Positions 31,305 to 41,203 of a stretch of 64,000 bases of DNA are shown piece by piece. The notes beneath the pieces are model-generated. The model was not told the origin of the DNA and searched no databases. It saw nothing but the letters and a program-made list of their open reading frames with translations. Every line of letters begins with the position of its first letter. The first letter of the stretch is position 1. Position numbers and translations under genes: made by a program. Source of the stretch: an uncultured virus (IMG/VR IMGVR_UViG_3300029305_005254) (Duplodnaviria; Heunggongvirae; Uroviricota; Caudoviricetes); IMG/VR virus record IMGVR_UViG_3300029305_005254; one strand, given 5' to 3'.

Positions 31305-32927
31305 TTACTCGTAAACTAAAACTCTTACAACCTTTAACGGGTCAATAGACTTAGTATACTCTTTAACTTCACCTGTATTAGTTATTCTAGCTGTTAAACC
31401 TCTTACTAAAATAGAATTTCCTTTAGAAGACTGTCTTATTGGCTTCTCGTGAATCTCATAAAGTAAGTTCTTTATAGCCTGTTCTGATGTACTACCACCA
31501 TTCTCCTGTATCTTACTAATTAAGTCTTTTGCTGATATATCAAAACCTACATAGTTTAATACATCACCTAATAACTTAACATCACCAATACCATTCTTCT
31601 CAATGAACCAAGCAACATACCAAGCCTTTACACCAAAGCTCTCATAATACTTAAAGTAATCTTTACCATATACTGCTGCAAGTTTATCTTTATTGTTAGT
31701 ACAAGTTACACTAGAGAAATCTCCCCCTGACTTTCTTATAAGAATTTTGCACATATTCTTTTTAAGTAAGTTCTCAAGGTCCTTCATCTCTTCCTCTGTA
31801 GCAACTCTACAAGAATTGAATACTGAAACCTTACTGCTAACAAGTTCTTCTGAATTAGGGATACCCTTGAGTATCTTTTTCCTATCTGCTTCCTTTATAG
31901 AATGTAGATAACCACTTATCGCTGCATCAGAGATACCTCTATCAGCAAAACTTGATAATTTCTCAGTTTTAGGTAGCTTTTCTACAAAACTCTCATACTG
32001 ATTGTCATCAAGTTCCTGTAAGTGTAAGATATAATTCTTTATTACAAGCTCCTCAACCTCAACTACAACTGGGTCTTTAGGCTTCTGAACACCTAATTCA
32101 TTAACTTCCTTAATGCTTCTTAACATCTTCAACTCAGCTAACTTAAATAAGTCGACCTTAGTCATCATAGCTGTTGTACTAGGTGCTCCAACAACTGGTG
32201 CATATAAGAAACCATTTAAAGGATAATAAATACTCTTTAACCCCTTTACAGCCTCCTCAGAATCACAGTATTTCTGGAGAACCTCTATCTTCTCTGTAAT
32301 ACATCTAACCTTATCTGCGTCTGGCATAATTTGTTTAGTTTTAAGAACAAGACCTGAGTTTATGTAAGTCTCCATCATATTAGATAACTTAAACACCGCT
32401 GAGAATGGAATAAGAACAATATTCTCATCATCTATTACCTTTCTATGAGAAACTAAAGAACACTCAAAATTGTCTTTATTTACTGGGCTGTACTCAATGT
32501 CTATTCTTAAAGCCTTAATCTGACCTAATGTATTAGCAGATATTATAGACTTTAAAAGCTTCTCTTCTAACTCAAAATCAAATAAAGACATATTCATTGA
32601 GTACAAAGATGCCGTGTCTGTAGCAACCTCATACCCAAAACATAACCCGTCTAATACCGCTGCCTGACAAACCTTAACATCATCTGGAATTACATTAACC
32701 TCATCAAAAAGACCAAATGTTCCATTATAAAGGTTTATCATATCAGCCTTGTAACTAGGTGATATCTCTGATAACACTCCTACCGATGGTAAAGATATGT
32801 TATCTCCACCTGAACGAATTAAATTAGTCCAATAAGTCTCCATACACTGTGTATAAGTAAACTGTTTACTGTGACTAAATAATCTTTTTATTAAATCTTC
32901 GTAATTCATTATTGTCTTTAATGCCAT
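31305..32927 (-). CDS. Hypothetical protein, possible WYL/Sm-like C-terminal elements
   Basis: KILIRKSGGDFSSVTCT ... KSIDPLKV. Confidence 0.65.
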   Translation of the reverse strand: MALKTIMNYEDLIKRLFSHSKQFTYTQCMETYWTNLIRSGGDNISLPSVGVLSEISPSYKADMINLYNGTFGLFDEVNVIPDDVKVCQAAVLDGLCFGYEVATDTASLYSMNMSLFDFELEEKLLKSIISANTLGQIKALRIDIEYSPVNKDNFECSLVSHRKVIDDENIVLIPFSAVFKLSNMMETYINSGLVLKTKQIMPDADKVRCITEKIEVLQKYCDSEEAVKGLKSIYYPLNGFLYAPVVGAPSTTAMMTKVDLFKLAELKMLRSIKEVNELGVQKPKDPVVVEVEELVIKNYILHLQELDDNQYESFVEKLPKTEKLSSFADRGISDAAISGYLHSIKEADRKKILKGIPNSEELVSSKVSVFNSCRVATEEEMKDLENLLKKNMCKILIRKSGGDFSSVTCTNNKDKLAAVYGKDYFKYYESFGVKAWYVAWFIEKNGIGDVKLLGDVLNYVGFDISAKDLISKIQENGGSTSEQAIKNLLYEIHEKPIRQSSKGNSILVRGLTARITNTGEVKEYTKSIDPLKVVRVLVYE

Positions 32928-32945
32928 TACTATTTACCCTCCTGA

Positions 32946-34163
32946 CTAACCTAAATCTAAATCATCCCAATCTCCTGCATCAGTTGCATCATATTTGGTA
33001 GGACTTCCTGTATACCCTTCAAACCATTGTGGATTGCCTAACATAAACAGTGCTAAACTTCTTAAAAATACTGTGCTTAACAAAGTCATCTGACCTTCTG
33101 CCCAAGTGATAAGGTTTTGAATAGATGTAATCTTAATGTTACCTGCTAAGTTTCTTGATGTACCTACATTAAACATCTCTAAACCTTCAACAACCTCTTT
33201 GAGATTTTTACTAATCTCTAAACTACCTTTTACTCTTTTTGTGAACTCTCCTAATACAGAATCTAAATCAACATACATAAATGCTAAATCAGGTTCTGCC
33301 TTTTCAAAACTTATAATTCTTGCATAATTTATACTTCTTAATGCAGAATCATAAATACTAGAGCCTACTTCAAATACCCTAATGTAGCCTCTCTCAAAAG
33401 CTGGGTTTTCCTCAAAAACACCCATGTACCAAGACTCTGTTGCATCTGTTACATAACTATCATCATAAATCTCACGCAACTTGTCTGTATTGAAAGTCAC
33501 ATTCATTGTACGCTCCTGACCTGAATCTTTACTAAATACAACATTATATGTATCTTCTAATAACTTGTTGTATAGTATATCAACTCCTGCTTTTAAGGCA
33601 TACACTGGGATTATTCTTGTACCTGAAAGACTTACATCTAAATCTTTTCTAGTACGAGTTACTTTACGAACACCTTCTCTTGTTTCATAGAGCTTAAGAT
33701 ATGGGATAAGACTTGTATTATTATCCTCCATACCATAAAATCTTGAACCATACTGTGCTTCAGCGTCTTCAACTGAGATACCCAACCAGTTAGCAACTAC
33801 TTTGATATTTGATGTAACTAAAAGCTTGTTAAATGAATTCTTAAAACCATTAGTATTAACATCTTTAGTTACTATAGGTGCTTCATAATAACACAAGAAC
33901 TCGCTTAACAGATACTTGTATACTGCTGTTCTATATTCCATATCTGGATAGAACTCGTGAATCATATTTCCTAATGAAATACCATCTTTATTTCTTAAGC
34001 CAATTACATCTACCTGACGCTTGTCAGCTCTTGTGCAAAATGAGAACCACTTATCTTGCTGTACCACATTCTCAACAATCTTAACACTTAAGTCCCTTAA
34101 AACTGTATTTTCTCCGAATAAATCACACTCCTTTAGGATACGATTTATACCACTTCTAATCAT
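32946..34163 (-). CDS. Hypothetical protein with a WYL_2/SH3-barrel-like domain
   Basis: VVFSKDSGQERTMNVT...IRVFEV...LRSINYARI; start moved to 34163. Confidence 0.55.
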   Translation of the reverse strand: MIRSGINRILKECDLFGENTVLRDLSVKIVENVVQQDKWFSFCTRADKRQVDVIGLRNKDGISLGNMIHEFYPDMEYRTAVYKYLLSEFLCYYEAPIVTKDVNTNGFKNSFNKLLVTSNIKVVANWLGISVEDAEAQYGSRFYGMEDNNTSLIPYLKLYETREGVRKVTRTRKDLDVSLSGTRIIPVYALKAGVDILYNKLLEDTYNVVFSKDSGQERTMNVTFNTDKLREIYDDSYVTDATESWYMGVFEENPAFERGYIRVFEVGSSIYDSALRSINYARIISFEKAEPDLAFMYVDLDSVLGEFTKRVKGSLEISKNLKEVVEGLEMFNVGTSRNLAGNIKITSIQNLITWAEGQMTLLSTVFLRSLALFMLGNPQWFEGYTGSPTKYDATDAGDWDDLDLG

Positions 34164-34181
34164 ATACAACCCTCCGTTTAA

Positions 34182-34667
34182 CTACATTCTACTTCTTAAG
34201 AAAGCTTCTCTGTCACCATAACACTTAGAAACATCTTCTGCTAACTTCATCATAAGTTCCTTTAAGTTTTCTGGGACATCTAAGACTCTTCTTAAATGTA
34301 GAGTTCCCTTGTTTGGAGCTTCTAACTCCTTACCTGCAACTGTGTAAATTATAAAGTCTGTGGACTCTGGAAGAAATTTCTTCTCAGTGTAATTCACTCC
34401 TGCCTTTATAAAAGCTATGAAACCTTCAGACAATTTACAATAAAATGGTTTTTTCGCCTTGATATACTTAATAATTCCCATTTCATCATCAATCTGCTGT
34501 AAAGGAATAAATTTATCATCTCTAAATACATAAGGAGTTGCTAACTCACCTTTAGGGCTTATGCCTACAACAACCTTAATATTACCTGTATCTATTGTTT
34601 GATACTTAGAAAAGGATTCTACAAAACCCCATACATCATTACCGTCTTTCTTAATACTTACATCCAT
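34182..34667 (-). CDS. Hypothetical protein
   Basis: Translationally coupled to the upstream gene. Confidence 0.7.
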   Translation of the reverse strand: MDVSIKKDGNDVWGFVESFSKYQTIDTGNIKVVVGISPKGELATPYVFRDDKFIPLQQIDDEMGIIKYIKAKKPFYCKLSEGFIAFIKAGVNYTEKKFLPESTDFIIYTVAGKELEAPNKGTLHLRRVLDVPENLKELMMKLAEDVSKCYGDREAFLRSRM

Positions 34668-35851
34668 TACTCTGTTTCCTCCTTGATAATCTTATATTTA
34701 CCTAAAACTCCTTGGTTGGAAGATTTTATTGCATCTTCTTCTGTTTCAATAACAAAATCTTCCTTCTCCTCGAAAGTAAAATCTACACTGTTCTCCTTGA
34801 ACCAACTTACTGACTTAATATCAGTTTGTTCCCTGTCAAATATATAAACTTCCTCGTCATCTATAAACACTTTTACAGGAATACCTACATAATTAAAGCC
34901 CTCATCTTCAAGGTAATCTATTCTATAACCTTCCCCTGTATACCCGTTTACTATCTGTTTGTCGTCTGTAAGTTCGTCTTCATACCCACAAGCTATGCCA
35001 AACATATTCACTGGTGTATACATAGTTGATATCTTTTTCCTTACAAAAATACCTGTTGAATACATTAAAACTATACTTTCATCATATTTATTAGCTAATT
35101 CCGATAACTTTTCTAATATCTCCAATGCATAACTAGAATAAACTGAATATAGTATTGAACCACTATTAGTGTTATACCAATCCTTTACTAAACTTGAATA
35201 AGTCCCATCTAAATCCTTTGGTACATGGTTTCCAAATAGTAACCCTAATAGTTTAGATTCATTTTTACTAGATAAACTACTATCGAATGAGCCATTTGAT
35301 GTTAAATTTAATTCTTTTAATATTAACTCTCTTATGTAGTCATCTATACTAATCCATTCTACAGTTTCATCTTTATCAACAAATAGCCTAGCTATTGCTT
35401 TATTGAACTTTAACTCTGTAGTATTTACTACTCTTCCTCCTTGAGGTTTTAAACTTAAAGAAACATCTTCACCATAAACCTCATAAAACTCGTCTAAACT
35501 AAAACAATACTCTTTATATGTAAGGACATTTAACAATAATAAAAGAAACCTTTGCTGAGACTCGCTAGGGTTTTTATATGTAGCATATTTAATAGTATCT
35601 TTATTTACAATATAGATACCATTAATATCTACTATACCCTTTATTTTTAACTCTACTAGGTTTCTTCTTATTAAACCTTCATCGTACACAGTAGGGTCTA
35701 ATATGTACCCTTCATCATACAGACATAACATATAATATCTGTACATAGACATATAATACTGTTTTAAGTATAGAAATTTATCTACACTAATGTTGGTTTT
35801 CTTATTAAATTGTTTAATGTAATCTAAAACCTTCTTCATATATGTACACAA
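34667..35851 (-). CDS. Degenerate family-A DNA polymerase-like protein (catalytic motifs eroded)
   Basis: GGRVVN...IARLFV...EWISIDD...ELIL...KLLGLLFG...IVLMYSTGIFV follows the PolA motif order. Confidence 0.4.
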   Translation of the reverse strand: MCTYMKKVLDYIKQFNKKTNISVDKFLYLKQYYMSMYRYYMLCLYDEGYILDPTVYDEGLIRRNLVELKIKGIVDINGIYIVNKDTIKYATYKNPSESQQRFLLLLLNVLTYKEYCFSLDEFYEVYGEDVSLSLKPQGGRVVNTTELKFNKAIARLFVDKDETVEWISIDDYIRELILKELNLTSNGSFDSSLSSKNESKLLGLLFGNHVPKDLDGTYSSLVKDWYNTNSGSILYSVYSSYALEILEKLSELANKYDESIVLMYSTGIFVRKKISTMYTPVNMFGIACGYEDELTDDKQIVNGYTGEGYRIDYLEDEGFNYVGIPVKVFIDDEEVYIFDREQTDIKSVSWFKENSVDFTFEEKEDFVIETEEDAIKSSNQGVLGKYKIIKEETE

Positions 35852-35869
35852 GACCTCCTATATACATAT

Positions 35870-35898
35870 ACTATACCATATTTTAGAAAAAGCTGCAA
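35870..35898 (-). promoter_or_regulatory. SigA-type promoter
   Basis: TTGCAG-17-(TGG)TATAGT. Confidence 0.7.
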
Positions 35899-35912
35899 TT
35901 CATTTCTTATTT

Positions 35913-36332
35913 CTATTCAATTCTCTTCCAACTTTCTTTGTTGATGTTTAGCAACTTACTTAAATCTTCCAAACTTGTACTACCTTTAACTATAGATAAT
36001 AATATTTGAGATACAGATTCACTGTGAGAGATTTTAAACATACTGGAGTTAACCTTTCTTACCTTATCTCTTAATAAAGCAAATACTTCTATATAGGATT
36101 TAGAAATATCCGTACAATACCCATTGTAATATATGTTGCTTACTTTACTTTGAGGAGTCTCTAAAATAGATATAATATCTACTTCAAAAACTTTATTCAT
36201 TAAGGCTATACGTGCATCTCTTTCAGATAAGGCTGATATACCTTGACCAAAAGCATTGAAACTATAAGCCTCACCCTTGCTTGAATTTATTAAATATGTT
36301 GTATTACCTTTAGTACCTGTAAAATAACCCAT
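35913..36332 (-). CDS. Hypothetical protein
   Basis: Coupled to the signal peptidase stop codon. Confidence 0.6.
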   Translation of the reverse strand: MGYFTGTKGNTTYLINSSKGEAYSFNAFGQGISALSERDARIALMNKVFEVDIISILETPQSKVSNIYYNGYCTDISKSYIEVFALLRDKVRKVNSSMFKISHSESVSQILLSIVKGSTSLEDLSKLLNINKESWKRIE

Positions 36333-36799
36333 TATCTAAACCCTTTCACTACTACTCCTAATATAAAATCCTTTTTAACTACTCCAAAATCTCTGCTATC
36401 TCTGCTATAGTTTCTGTTATCCCCTAAAACTATATATTCGCCATCTTTAAGAGTTATCTTATCCCCTAATATACCCGATTTGTACTTTGTTTCTTTTATA
36501 TAAGATTCCTCTACAATCTCACCATTTACATACAAGGTACTATCTATTATTTGTACTGAATCCCCTGGTATTGCAACACATCTTTTAATTAACTTCTTAT
36601 TACTTTCAATACAAACAACAACATCTCCACGCTCAATTCCTTTTATTCTTGAAACCACTACTATATCCTCTTCATTATAAGTATTTTCCATTGAAATACC
36701 TTCTACCTCAACTAGAAAGATGAAATAGTTTGTTATCAGTTGACTTAATAATACTGAAATAAAAAGAAATAAAGCTATTAATAACAATTTTCTTCTCAT
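36332..36799 (-). CDS. Signal peptidase I (S26)
   Basis: TM; GISMENT (catalytic Ser); LIKR (Lys); GDNR.YSRDSR. Confidence 0.9.
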   Translation of the reverse strand: MRRKLLLIALFLFISVLLSQLITNYFIFLVEVEGISMENTYNEEDIVVVSRIKGIERGDVVVCIESNKKLIKRCVAIPGDSVQIIDSTLYVNGEIVEESYIKETKYKSGILGDKITLKDGEYIVLGDNRNYSRDSRDFGVVKKDFILGVVVKGFR

Positions 36800-37605
36800 T
36801 AATCCTCGTCTCCAAATATTTCTTTTGTACTTAAAGGTAATTGTGCTACTGGACTATAATCGTTATAACCCACATTAACACGAGTTAAACAAAGATTTTC
36901 ACCAGTCTGTAAAGCACACAAGGATATGTTAGGAATAAGACCAATACTCTCCCAATAATCGCTTATAGCCTTTATTTCCTTTGAATAATTGAGAGTGTAC
37001 CCTGTTTTTAATATCTTTGTTTCTACATACTTAGCACCTGGCTTATAAGGAATAACACATAAAAATACTTTACCCATATTCCAAGTAGTGTATCCATATC
37101 CATTATAACTGCTCATAGGTTTTACAGATAATGCTAATGCTGTTTGATTAACCTTATATAATACCTCTTTAGGTAAAGCATACAAATAAGTTGGATTGTC
37201 TTTACTACCCTTGAAGTCTATATAACCATACCCTTCTGGAGGTTTTACATAATACTCATAAGGTAAGTTTATATCCATATTAGAAGTTACTACTAAACTA
37301 TTGGCTGGTTTCTTATAATCTTCATATATGTACTTACCTTCTGAATTCTTTTTAAAAGTTCTAGTAACCTTATCTATAACTCTTTTCTTAGCTGCTATAT
37401 CATTTGGTAACTTTTTTACTAAAGTTTTGTTTAAAGCTGAAAAAGGTCCTGATATTCCTTTTACTGCTAAAACATCCGTACCACTTACTTCCCAACTATT
37501 TACAATTGGTGGTAAAGGTAAATTATAAATGTCTTTTATAGTGCTAACATTTACAGCACTCTTGAACTCTCTTACAAATATCTCCTCTAAGCTTGCTGCT
37601 GCCAT
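36799..37605 (-). CDS. Hypothetical protein
   Basis: 268-aa ORF with GGAGAGG RBS. Confidence 0.7.
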   Translation of the reverse strand: MAAASLEEIFVREFKSAVNVSTIKDIYNLPLPPIVNSWEVSGTDVLAVKGISGPFSALNKTLVKKLPNDIAAKKRVIDKVTRTFKKNSEGKYIYEDYKKPANSLVVTSNMDINLPYEYYVKPPEGYGYIDFKGSKDNPTYLYALPKEVLYKVNQTALALSVKPMSSYNGYGYTTWNMGKVFLCVIPYKPGAKYVETKILKTGYTLNYSKEIKAISDYWESIGLIPNISLCALQTGENLCLTRVNVGYNDYSPVAQLPLSTKEIFGDED

Positions 37606-38146
37606 ATAATGCCTCTCCTCCCATTAAATATTCTACCACCTGAGAAAGATTTTCTACAAAAACATCTCCTCTTAAGTAATCAGCATATTTTAACCCATAA
37701 GCTTTATACGGGTTAGCTACTTGTATCTTAGTAGTAGCATTACTTTTACTTAATGCTTCTGGGGCATCATCGACCATAATTCCACCTGACATATCTACCC
37801 TTGATTTGTCCCAATTGATACCACCACATAAAATGATATCTTTTTTATACAATTCTGCAAATCTTTTCTTACTTTCCCCCTCTTCATCAGTTATATAACT
37901 AGAGCAGAAAATAACATTATACTCTGTACTTAATAATTTTAAGCACTCCTCAGCATCTTCCTTTAAAGGTATTACAGAATAATTTTTAAATACATCTCTC
38001 ATTATATCAGAATAAACTGGTATGCATCTCATACCATAAACACTATTGTTACTTTTATATGGGATTAAATTGTTTTTTAATATTGCTCTTATATATACTT
38101 CTGTATCTACAAAAGTATCATCTAAATCCAAATATAAATTCTGCAT
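37544..38146 (-). CDS. HAD-superfamily 5'(3')-deoxyribonucleotidase-like protein
   Basis: YLDLDDTFVD motif I; K...MVDD motifs III/IV. Confidence 0.75.
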   Translation of the reverse strand: MQNLYLDLDDTFVDTEVYIRAILKNNLIPYKSNNSVYGMRCIPVYSDIMRDVFKNYSVIPLKEDAEECLKLLSTEYNVIFCSSYITDEEGESKKRFAELYKKDIILCGGINWDKSRVDMSGGIMVDDAPEALSKSNATTKIQVANPYKAYGLKYADYLRGDVFVENLSQVVEYLMGGEALYGSSKLRGDICKRVQECCKC

Positions 38147-38210
38147 AATAAACCTCCTCTATACTCAATATAATTAACTGTACCTAATATAATAACATAT
38201 ATTAAATATA

Positions 38211-38238
38211 AAAAGAAGTCAGTTACCTGACTTCTTTT
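38211..38238. terminator. Rho-independent terminator (potentially bidirectional)
   Basis: AAAAGAAGTCAG-TTAC-CTGACTTCTTTT. Confidence 0.8.
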
Positions 38239-38242
38239 CTAC

Positions 38243-39241
38243 TTACTCAACAACTTCTGTATCTATGGGAACAGCATCTATAGGAGTTGCATCCATAGGT
38301 GTAGCATCTGTTGGAGTTGCAACCACCTCTGGTTCAGGAGTATTCTGCTCAACTAAGGCATCTATTTGTTTAGCTTTTAAATCTTCATGAATAGATAAAA
38401 GATACTCTTTATTCTTTGTATGCTGTATAGTCATAATCTGACTATCATAATACCCTGCATCATAATTTATATAATCTGTTACCCCTAACATTTCAGTTTT
38501 AAGGGATATGTACAAGTCGTACTCTGAAAGTAAATAATCTACCCTTTTAGATACAGTTGAAGATAAACCTTCTACTGTGTATGTAGTTGTACACTCTTTC
38601 AGATAAACTAGCTTATCTTTTAAACCCTCTGATTCTAAATCATAATCTGGACTCTCATATACAATTAACATACTCTTGGCATTTAAATAAGTTTCTATTG
38701 TTGTCAGTTCTAGTAATAAATCTGAATATGTCTCATCACTAGAATCTATGCTTTGATAAACCTCTAAAACATCATCCACAGTCAGACCTTCTACAGTATC
38801 AACCTTTCTATCATCCGTATAGAAAGAATTTACTTTTTCTTGTACAGAGTTGAACTCCTCTTCTCTTTGATTTTTCTTTATTACTAAGAAATAGAAAAGT
38901 AATCCTCCAATAATAGCTGCAATTATTAGAAATACCACTAAAATAGGTATTAAATTGCTTTTCTTCTTTTTTACATTAGGTTGCACATAAGGAGTATTAA
39001 TTCTATTATTCATATTAATCTCATAGTTTATAGGCTGCAGATTATTGTTGATATTGTTAAAACTATTCTCTAAAGATGTTTTTAGTTCTGCCTCCTCAAC
39101 TGTCTGTAAATATAAGAATTGATATTGCTTTTTTAACTGCTCTTTATCTTCTATAGAATCTATATTTTCATTCTGTGTAACACTCACATTAATACTTTGA
39201 GCTGACTGTTGAATATTCGGTGATTTGTAAGTAGTTCTCAT
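38243..39241 (-). CDS. Bitopic membrane protein with helical ectodomain
   Basis: KKKK-TM; C-terminal ATPxD repeats. Confidence 0.7.
   Translation of the reverse strand: MRTTYKSPNIQQSAQSINVSVTQNENIDSIEDKEQLKKQYQFLYLQTVEEAELKTSLENSFNNINNNLQPINYEINMNNRINTPYVQPNVKKKKSNLIPILVVFLIIAAIIGGLLFYFLVIKKNQREEEFNSVQEKVNSFYTDDRKVDTVEGLTVDDVLEVYQSIDSSDETYSDLLLELTTIETYLNAKSMLIVYESPDYDLESEGLKDKLVYLKECTTTYTVEGLSSTVSKRVDYLLSEYDLYISLKTEMLGVTDYINYDAGYYDSQIMTIQHTKNKEYLLSIHEDLKAKQIDALVEQNTPEPEVVATPTDATPMDATPIDAVPIDTEVVE
38261..38320 (-). repeat. Four in-frame 15-bp tandem repeats encoding ATPTD ATPMD ATPID AVPID
   Basis: Seen directly in the sequence. Confidence 0.8.
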
Positions 39242-39252
39242 ATTTCCTCCTA

Positions 39253-39315
39253 TTATAATTCAGTAATTCTGGCTAGAATGTACTCTACTATCACTCCTAT
39301 TATAATCCACCACAT
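39253..39315 (-). CDS. Putative 20-aa hydrophobic peptide MWWIIIGVIVEYILARITEL
   Basis: ATG to TAA fills the gap; AGGGA upstream; stop abuts the next RBS. Confidence 0.45.
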   Translation of the reverse strand: MWWIIIGVIVEYILARITEL

Positions 39316-39327
39316 AGATTACATTCC

Positions 39328-40476
39328 CTATCTAATTCTCAAATCTATTTGTAAAGGGCTACACATTTTCTGTAATTCTATTTCATTAAAGCCGTGTAAA
39401 TCCTCTTTACCCTTTGAGCCTACTACATAAGGATGCCTAGCAAGACGCTTATCTTTATTAGGATAAGCTTGGTTTAAGTTCATTCCCCAATATATCTTTT
39501 CTACAACCTCTAACTGTTCTTGAGTTATATCTGAGTACTCATCTAAACACCAAAGTATAGCATCCAATTCTTCAGAATTACACACCTTTTGATACAACTT
39601 AGGCTTATCTGGGGATGCTAAAGCTTCTTGTAAAGTACCGTTAAACTCTTCATTGGTGTCTTTGTATAGTATTTTCATTTGAGGTTTACCATATCTGAAT
39701 ACATCTTCGAAATTGATATCGTCGTCAATCATTCTCTGTATCATAGCATTGTATCTACTCGCAGAAAACATTCTACTAATATCCTTTCTACCAAAGTTAT
39801 CTGATGCGTCACCTCTTAATAACTTATGTAATAATAAAGTGTTATATGGAATATAGAAACCTTTATACGCAGATAAATCTTGTACTACAGATTGGAAATT
39901 TCTTGGGGTTACCTGTACATAATGAGCCTTCTCTAATTCAGGACTCTCAGCATAAGTACCTTTCTTACTTCTCAAGAAAACAGATACAGTTTCATCAACT
40001 AATGGTAATAAGTCTGCATCATTTGTTACTACATCAATAGGCATTCCTGGATACTTTTCCTTGGCTCTCTGAATACAAGCAAACACCAAATCATCAGCTT
40101 CATAATTAGGTTCTGCAAAACAAGGAACTCCAGCACCCCTTAATATTCTCTCCGCATCTGATACCCCTTCAAACATAAGGTCTGGCATTTTTTCTCTACC
40201 ACCCTTATATTCCTTGTCTGTACCAACTTTCATATCCTGAAAACTAGATTGGAAAAATGCTTTTCTCGCTGGAACTGGTCTATCAAAACAGATAGCCATA
40301 GGATTAGCACCCCTATTACTCCATCTATATATACTTTTAATAGTACCATTCTGTATAGTTGTATCCTTTTCAATAGATGTACCATTTTCTACAACCCTTA
40401 CAGATAATCTGTGCTGACTATAGTAATATGTATGAACCATATGATTAAAGTCAACTATTACAACTCTCTTTTCCAC
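39328..40476 (-). CDS. 5'-3' exonuclease / flap endonuclease (PolI N-terminal-like, stand-alone)
   Basis: IVDFNH, CFD, YKGGR, YEADD, TNDADL, LRGDASDN. Confidence 0.88.
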   Translation of the reverse strand: MEKRVVIVDFNHMVHTYYYSQHRLSVRVVENGTSIEKDTTIQNGTIKSIYRWSNRGANPMAICFDRPVPARKAFFQSSFQDMKVGTDKEYKGGREKMPDLMFEGVSDAERILRGAGVPCFAEPNYEADDLVFACIQRAKEKYPGMPIDVVTNDADLLPLVDETVSVFLRSKKGTYAESPELEKAHYVQVTPRNFQSVVQDLSAYKGFYIPYNTLLLHKLLRGDASDNFGRKDISRMFSASRYNAMIQRMIDDDINFEDVFRYGKPQMKILYKDTNEEFNGTLQEALASPDKPKLYQKVCNSEELDAILWCLDEYSDITQEQLEVVEKIYWGMNLNQAYPNKDKRLARHPYVVGSKGKEDLHGFNEIELQKMCSPLQIDLRIR

Positions 40477-40503
40477 TTTATAACCTCCTATAAACTTAGA
40501 TTT

Positions 40504-40932
40504 TTATTCTTTAATACCCATTCTCTTTCTACAAGTCTTACCCATTCCATATTCTATGCTTTTTGCATCTATTAACTTTCTTCCACAAGCTGAACAGATA
40601 CCGTGATGGAAAATCTTGACCTGAGATGGCAACCTATCACCTCTATTTAAAACCCATAATAAACCATTTATAGCACTATTATTATAGGCAATATTTCCCT
40701 TCTTTCCTACAAAAAACTTATAACTATCTTTTACCCATTGTAAGTAACCTTGATAGTCAAAATTACCTTTTCCGTCCTTCAAATATACAAAGAAAAGAGT
40801 TCCTTCCTGATTCTTCTTAATCTTATACTTATATTGTATATTAGGCTCTTGAAATATAGTAAACTCAGCATAACCACCTGTGATAAATTTTACAATATTC
40901 TCTTTTACTTGACCTCTTTTCTCTTCTGCCAT
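40504..40932 (-). CDS. DUF6011-like zinc-finger protein
   Basis: CSACGRKLIDAKSIEYGMGKTC; start moved to MAEEK at 40932. Confidence 0.7.
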   Translation of the reverse strand: MAEEKRGQVKENIVKFITGGYAEFTIFQEPNIQYKYKIKKNQEGTLFFVYLKDGKGNFDYQGYLQWVKDSYKFFVGKKGNIAYNNSAINGLLWVLNRGDRLPSQVKIFHHGICSACGRKLIDAKSIEYGMGKTCRKRMGIKE

Positions 40933-41002
40933 AATACAACCCTCACAATCTTTAAAGACTCTGGTCGAGAACTTTATAATATTTCTGACCAGAGTTAACA
41001 TC

Positions 41003-41194
41003 TTAATCCTTTATTATTCTTACAACATTACCTTTATGTATAAAGGTTCTAGGCATATCATCTAATTTTACAAATACACCTAAAAAGTTAGTATCAACAA
41101 CCTCCACAATCACATTTCTAGGTGTACAGTTATACCCTTCATGAATAGTTGCTTCTACCTTATCTCCTATATTTACATCACAAGTATTTATCAT
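41003..41194 (-). CDS. Small beta-barrel (SH3/KOW-like) hypothetical protein
   Basis: GGGGG RBS; NIGDKV pattern. Confidence 0.6.
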   Translation of the reverse strand: MINTCDVNIGDKVEATIHEGYNCTPRNVIVEVVDTNFLGVFVKLDDMPRTFIHKGNVVRIIKD

Positions 41195-41203
41195 ACTACC
41201 CCC

